Positions 63,592 to 64,000 of a DNA stretch of 64,000 nt are shown here, in pieces. The notes beneath the pieces are model-generated. The model ran no database searches. It had not been told where the DNA came from and saw only the letters and a list, made by a program, of their open reading frames with translations. A program made the position numbers and the translations under genes. The DNA is from an uncultured Gammaproteobacteria bacterium (GTDB taxonomy: Bacteria > Patescibacteriota > Patescibacteriia > UBA2591 > UBA6264): assembly GCA_964596735.1 (NCBI GenBank), contig CAZQVF010000004.1:229-64228 (forward strand), written 5' to 3'. The stretch's first letter is position 1. Every line of letters starts with the position of its first letter.

Positions 63592-64000
63592 TTAAATGCT
63601 TTTTCTTCTAAAAACCTTTTTCAAAGCCCCGCCAAAACCCTTACCTTTTGTTTGGTCCTGGGTTGGTTTGGGGCGATGTTTTTCTTGAGGCCGACTTAAT
63701 ATTTCTTCTTCTTTCTCTTTTTCTTTTACCGGCTTTTTTTTCTCAATTTTATCTTTAGAAATAGGTTCAATTATTGGTTCTTTAATTTTTGTTTTAACAG
63801 GCCTGGTCTCTGAGCTAGGAATTTTTTCTCCTAAAATAATTTCTAAATGTGAACTTCTTTTACGAATCTGTCCGGCCCGACCAAAAGCTCTTGGCCTCCA
63901 TCTTTTAAGAGTGGGTCCTTCGTTAACAAAGATTTCTTTAATAAAAAGATTTTCTTTTTTTAAATCAAAATTATGTTCTGCATTAGCTAAGGCTGACTTT
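63592..64000 (-). CDS. rplV: 50S ribosomal protein L22 with a Lys/Glu-rich C-terminal extension (5' end outside the window)
   Basis: Minus-strand translation reads ...[59 protein letters not shown]..., then a low-complexity basic tail ending in TAA at 63592. It is not in the ORF track because its start codon lies beyond the window. Confidence 0.8.
   Translation of the reverse strand, partial: KSALANAEHNFDLKKENLFIKEIFVNEGPTLKRWRPRAFGRAGQIRKRSSHLEIILGEKIPSSETRPVKTKIKEPIIEPISKDKIEKKKPVKEKEKEEEILSRPQEKHRPKPTQDQTKGKGFGGALKKVFRRKSI

Overview
This is an AT-rich, gene-dense bacterial window with short or overlapping gene junctions. UGA and UAA are both used as stops, so the standard code 11 applies. 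The ribosomal protein operon goes from S5 directly to L15 with no L30, and genes are compact with short overlaps; this points to a CPR/Patescibacteria-like organism, which is inference.

The window has two halves.

(1) Positions 1-27.3 kb, all on the + strand, form one long cell-surface glycan/polysaccharide biosynthesis locus. It contains three DegT-type sugar aminotransferases, a PglF/CapD-type 4,6-dehydratase, a PglC-type initiating sugar-phosphate transferase, GT2 and GT4 glycosyltransferases, a LmbE/PIG-L deacetylase, a WbqC-like protein, a formyltransferase, four SAM methyltransferases, a radical-SAM/SPASM enzyme, a ThDP-dependent E1 alpha/beta pair, and Wzy-like and Wzz-like proteins. 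It also has a tandemly duplicated two-gene module, each copy a large GT-C-like polytopic membrane protein followed by a Wzx flippase. The locus ends at a bidirectional terminator.

(2) Positions 27.3-64 kb, all on the - strand, hold core genes: recA, a RodZ-like gene, ftsK, rpoC, rpoB, scpB/scpA, a YbaK-like deacylase, a short alaS, a UPF0104 membrane protein, a HerA/TraG-like ATPase, a WecA-like transferase, ruvX, a SET-domain protein, map, adk, secY and the ribosomal run rplO through rplV.

The most unusual region lies between tRNA-Arg(CCG) and rpoB. It is an array of four paralogous ~500-aa proteins, each ending in a PEP-utilising-enzyme phosphohistidine swivel domain. These look like rifampin-phosphotransferase / PEP-synthase-like kinases without their ATP-grasp domain. 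The single ATP-grasp (PPDK_N) domain is encoded as a separate gene that carries an in-frame TAA. The array is followed by a translationally coupled MurE-like amide ligase that lacks the N-terminal UDP-binding domain. This module is bracketed by two identical 50-nt GC-clamped hairpin repeats. A family of related GC-rich palindromic elements (CCCGCC...GGCGGG, CGCCGAAGGCG) recurs in minus-strand intergenic regions and once inside the ligase coding sequence.

No CRISPR array, transposase, integrase or rRNA gene was seen.
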